Made by a program: the position numbers and the translations under genes. Of a stretch of DNA of 64,000 nt, positions 62,384 through 64,000 are shown one piece after another. Below the pieces are notes generated by a model that searched no databases, was not told where the DNA came from, and was given only the letters and a program-made list of their open reading frames with translations. The DNA comes from Christensenellales bacterium. GTDB lineage: Bacteria > Bacillota > Clostridia > Christensenellales > CAG-138. Each line of letters opens with the position of its first letter. Within the stretch, counting starts at the first letter, position 1. The stretch lies in NCBI GenBank assembly GCA_040767925.1, contig JAXGNN010000001.1, forward strand, positions 1,486,888 to 1,550,887, in the 5' to 3' direction.

Positions 62384-64000
62384 CTATTGAATCTTCCTCG
62401 CCCGCTTTCTTTGGTGCAGGAAAACCCATACAGCCACAGCTAAACCTACTGCCGCAAGGCCGATGATGACAACAGGCAGCCAAGTATTATTTGCCGAATT
62501 GCCTTGCTGGCCAGCCATATCCGATACCAGCGCGCCTTTGACTGTATCTGTGGTGATCAGGTATTCGGACATCGTGTTGTTTTTGTAAGTCACAACGCCA
62601 CCTGCACCTACGGCAATATTCCCGGCTATCAAGGTAAATCCGCCTGTCACCGCATCAAAACAATAGACATTTACCGTTGTTCCCTCGGCGATATCTGTCG
62701 TAATGGCAAAGGTCGCAACACCAGGTAATTCTCCGTGTCCGATGAATGAGTAAGTAAATGCGCTTTGCCCGTCTACAAGAGCCGATTTCATTTGGGCTTC
62801 GTGTTCGGCCATGGGAATGAACCCGAAATCGTACATTGCGCCATCCGCAGCATTTTTTATGTCGCTACCGCGAAATGCAATACTCGCTCCTTCCTGCAGA
62901 AAATCAAGACTGGCAGTGGGGTTATTCGCAAGCTCGCTGAAGAATATGCCAGGTACATTTGTACCGTTCGTTCCTCCGAGCTGAACACTGTGGATACCAC
63001 CCTTTGCTGAATGAATTGCATCCACCGCTCCTCTGTAATCGAAAAGCGTGCTCTCTGCCAGCATGGTCAGACCGGAAATATCAAACGGCGCAAAGCCCGC
63101 CTGCAGCCCTGGCAATTGCATTGAGCCCTCATTCATCGGGTTTGTCACATATTGATCTATCTCATTTAGTAAATATTCACCAAGATTGTCCTTAGCATTT
63201 TTTATATCCTGAACTCTTTTCCCCATATCGGTTACGATATTTTGCAGTTCTGGATCGGTCATGTCGATATAAATGTGATAGCTGTCGCACATCTGCGCGT
63301 CGGGTGAAAACACTACTTCCTCCGAAGAACCCTCAATATTCAGCTTGAAAACGGAGTTCCATCGCACAAACTCCGCGCCGTTGACGTGAGTCCTGTCATA
63401 GGTATACCGATCGCAAATATGGTCAACACGTATGGTTGTGCTGTTCACCGATGGTATTTGAGTAATTGGCGGAACAGCAGGCCCTGAGGTTGCGGCTAAG
63501 AGTATCACCTGCCCGGCATTGTCAGACGGCATTGAAAGGCCAGGAAGCAACGGCGAGTTTGGAAGCTGCGCTGATATCACTTTCAGCATGCATTCTTGGG
63601 TATCAAAGCCGATGTCGTTTTCTGCGCGGACGATGAAGTGATAGGTGCCGGGCTCTACTCCCTCCTTCACCGTAAGCACGCCCGTGTCGGGATCGATTGC
63701 GACCTCTTCCGGTATCAAATACCGCTCGTTCTTTTGCTCTAGTGACCAGAAAATAGGCATGCTTCCTGATGCCGTAATCGGAACGGTTAAATCTCCGCCG
63801 CCCACGAGTTTGGTAAAGATATAGCCGTGTTCTTCATCGGCAATGATCGGAGCGGTTCGTGCCTGTGTGACGGAAAGAGTACAGTCCTGCGTATCGCTTC
63901 CAACATCATTTTCCGCTTTGATCGTAAAGAAATAGGTGCCGGTTGGAACGCTTTTCAGCACCGTCAGACGTCCGCTTTGGGCGTCAATGTTGATCCCTGC
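62384..64000 (-). CDS. Cell-surface protein with repeated Ig-like domains and a C-terminal TM anchor; the 5' end lies beyond the window
   Basis: The frame is open to the window edge. Repeats of type GTYxFxIxAENDxGxDTQxCxLxV. Tail WLPVVIIGLAAVGLAVAVWVFLHQRKRARKIQ. Confidence 0.7.
   Translation of the reverse strand, partial: AGINIDAQSGRLTVLKSVPTGTYFFTIKAENDVGSDTQDCTLSVTQARTAPIIADEEHGYIFTKLVGGGDLTVPITASGSMPIFWSLEQKNERYLIPEEVAIDPDTGVLTVKEGVEPGTYHFIVRAENDIGFDTQECMLKVISAQLPNSPLLPGLSMPSDNAGQVILLAATSGPAVPPITQIPSVNSTTIRVDHICDRYTYDRTHVNGAEFVRWNSVFKLNIEGSSEEVVFSPDAQMCDSYHIYIDMTDPELQNIVTDMGKRVQDIKNAKDNLGEYLLNEIDQYVTNPMNEGSMQLPGLQAGFAPFDISGLTMLAESTLFDYRGAVDAIHSAKGGIHSVQLGGTNGTNVPGIFFSELANNPTASLDFLQEGASIAFRGSDIKNAADGAMYDFGFIPMAEHEAQMKSALVDGQSAFTYSFIGHGELPGVATFAITTDIAEGTTVNVYCFDAVTGGFTLIAGNIAVGAGGVVTYKNNTMSEYLITTDTVKGALVSDMAGQQGNSANNTWLPVVIIGLAAVGLAVAVWVFLHQRKRARKIQ

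Overview
The window has three parts.

(1) Bases 1 to about 13.9 kb look like ordinary high-GC Firmicutes/Clostridia-type chromosome. Genes here are a C69 peptidase, a WYL regulator translationally coupled to nnrE, an XRE-HTH/APH-kinase fusion, an MFS transporter, a NYN/LOTUS protein, a CMP/dCMP-type deaminase, ASCH, GIY-YIG, GNAT, NUDIX and an XRE-TPR regulator. This part also holds several tiny ORFs below the 60-aa cutoff of the ORF track and a promoter-leader-terminator unit.

(2) A large Gram-positive integrative conjugative element (ICE) runs rightwards from a tRNA-Arg(CCU)-like 3' half at 13978-14033. It encodes NADAR, ParA/ParB, a thioester-type Cna-B adhesin and a 2435-aa ArdC-N/N6-MTase/SNF2 protein. 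That giant ORF has a complete TnpV-family ORF nested out of frame inside it. The element also encodes DUF3991-Toprim, MobC plus relaxase, a PcfB-like protein, a second ArdC-N-like protein, a VirD4-type coupling protein, Maff2, a VirB6-like protein, PrgI, VirB4, an NlpC/P60 hydrolase and a sortase.

(3) The rest is a cargo and decay zone:
- A Type I R-M locus (HTH-hsdM-hsdS-hsdR) with two inverted promoterless hsdS cassettes. The arrangement is a shufflon, but no recombinase is nearby.
- A patchwork of remnants: hsdS', 22-bp iterons, parA' and GyrI'.
- An IS21-family element whose istA is split by an IS256-family element, with an exact 8-bp target duplication.
- AT-rich cargo (AraC/GyrI-like gene, a hypothetical protein, a 4Fe-4S membrane protein).
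- A sigma-like regulatory module with a structured leader.
- A partial Ig-repeat surface protein gene running off the right edge.

I found no rRNA, intact tRNA, CRISPR array, or integrase/recombinase gene. All family names are recognised by eye from motifs and memory. No database search was run.
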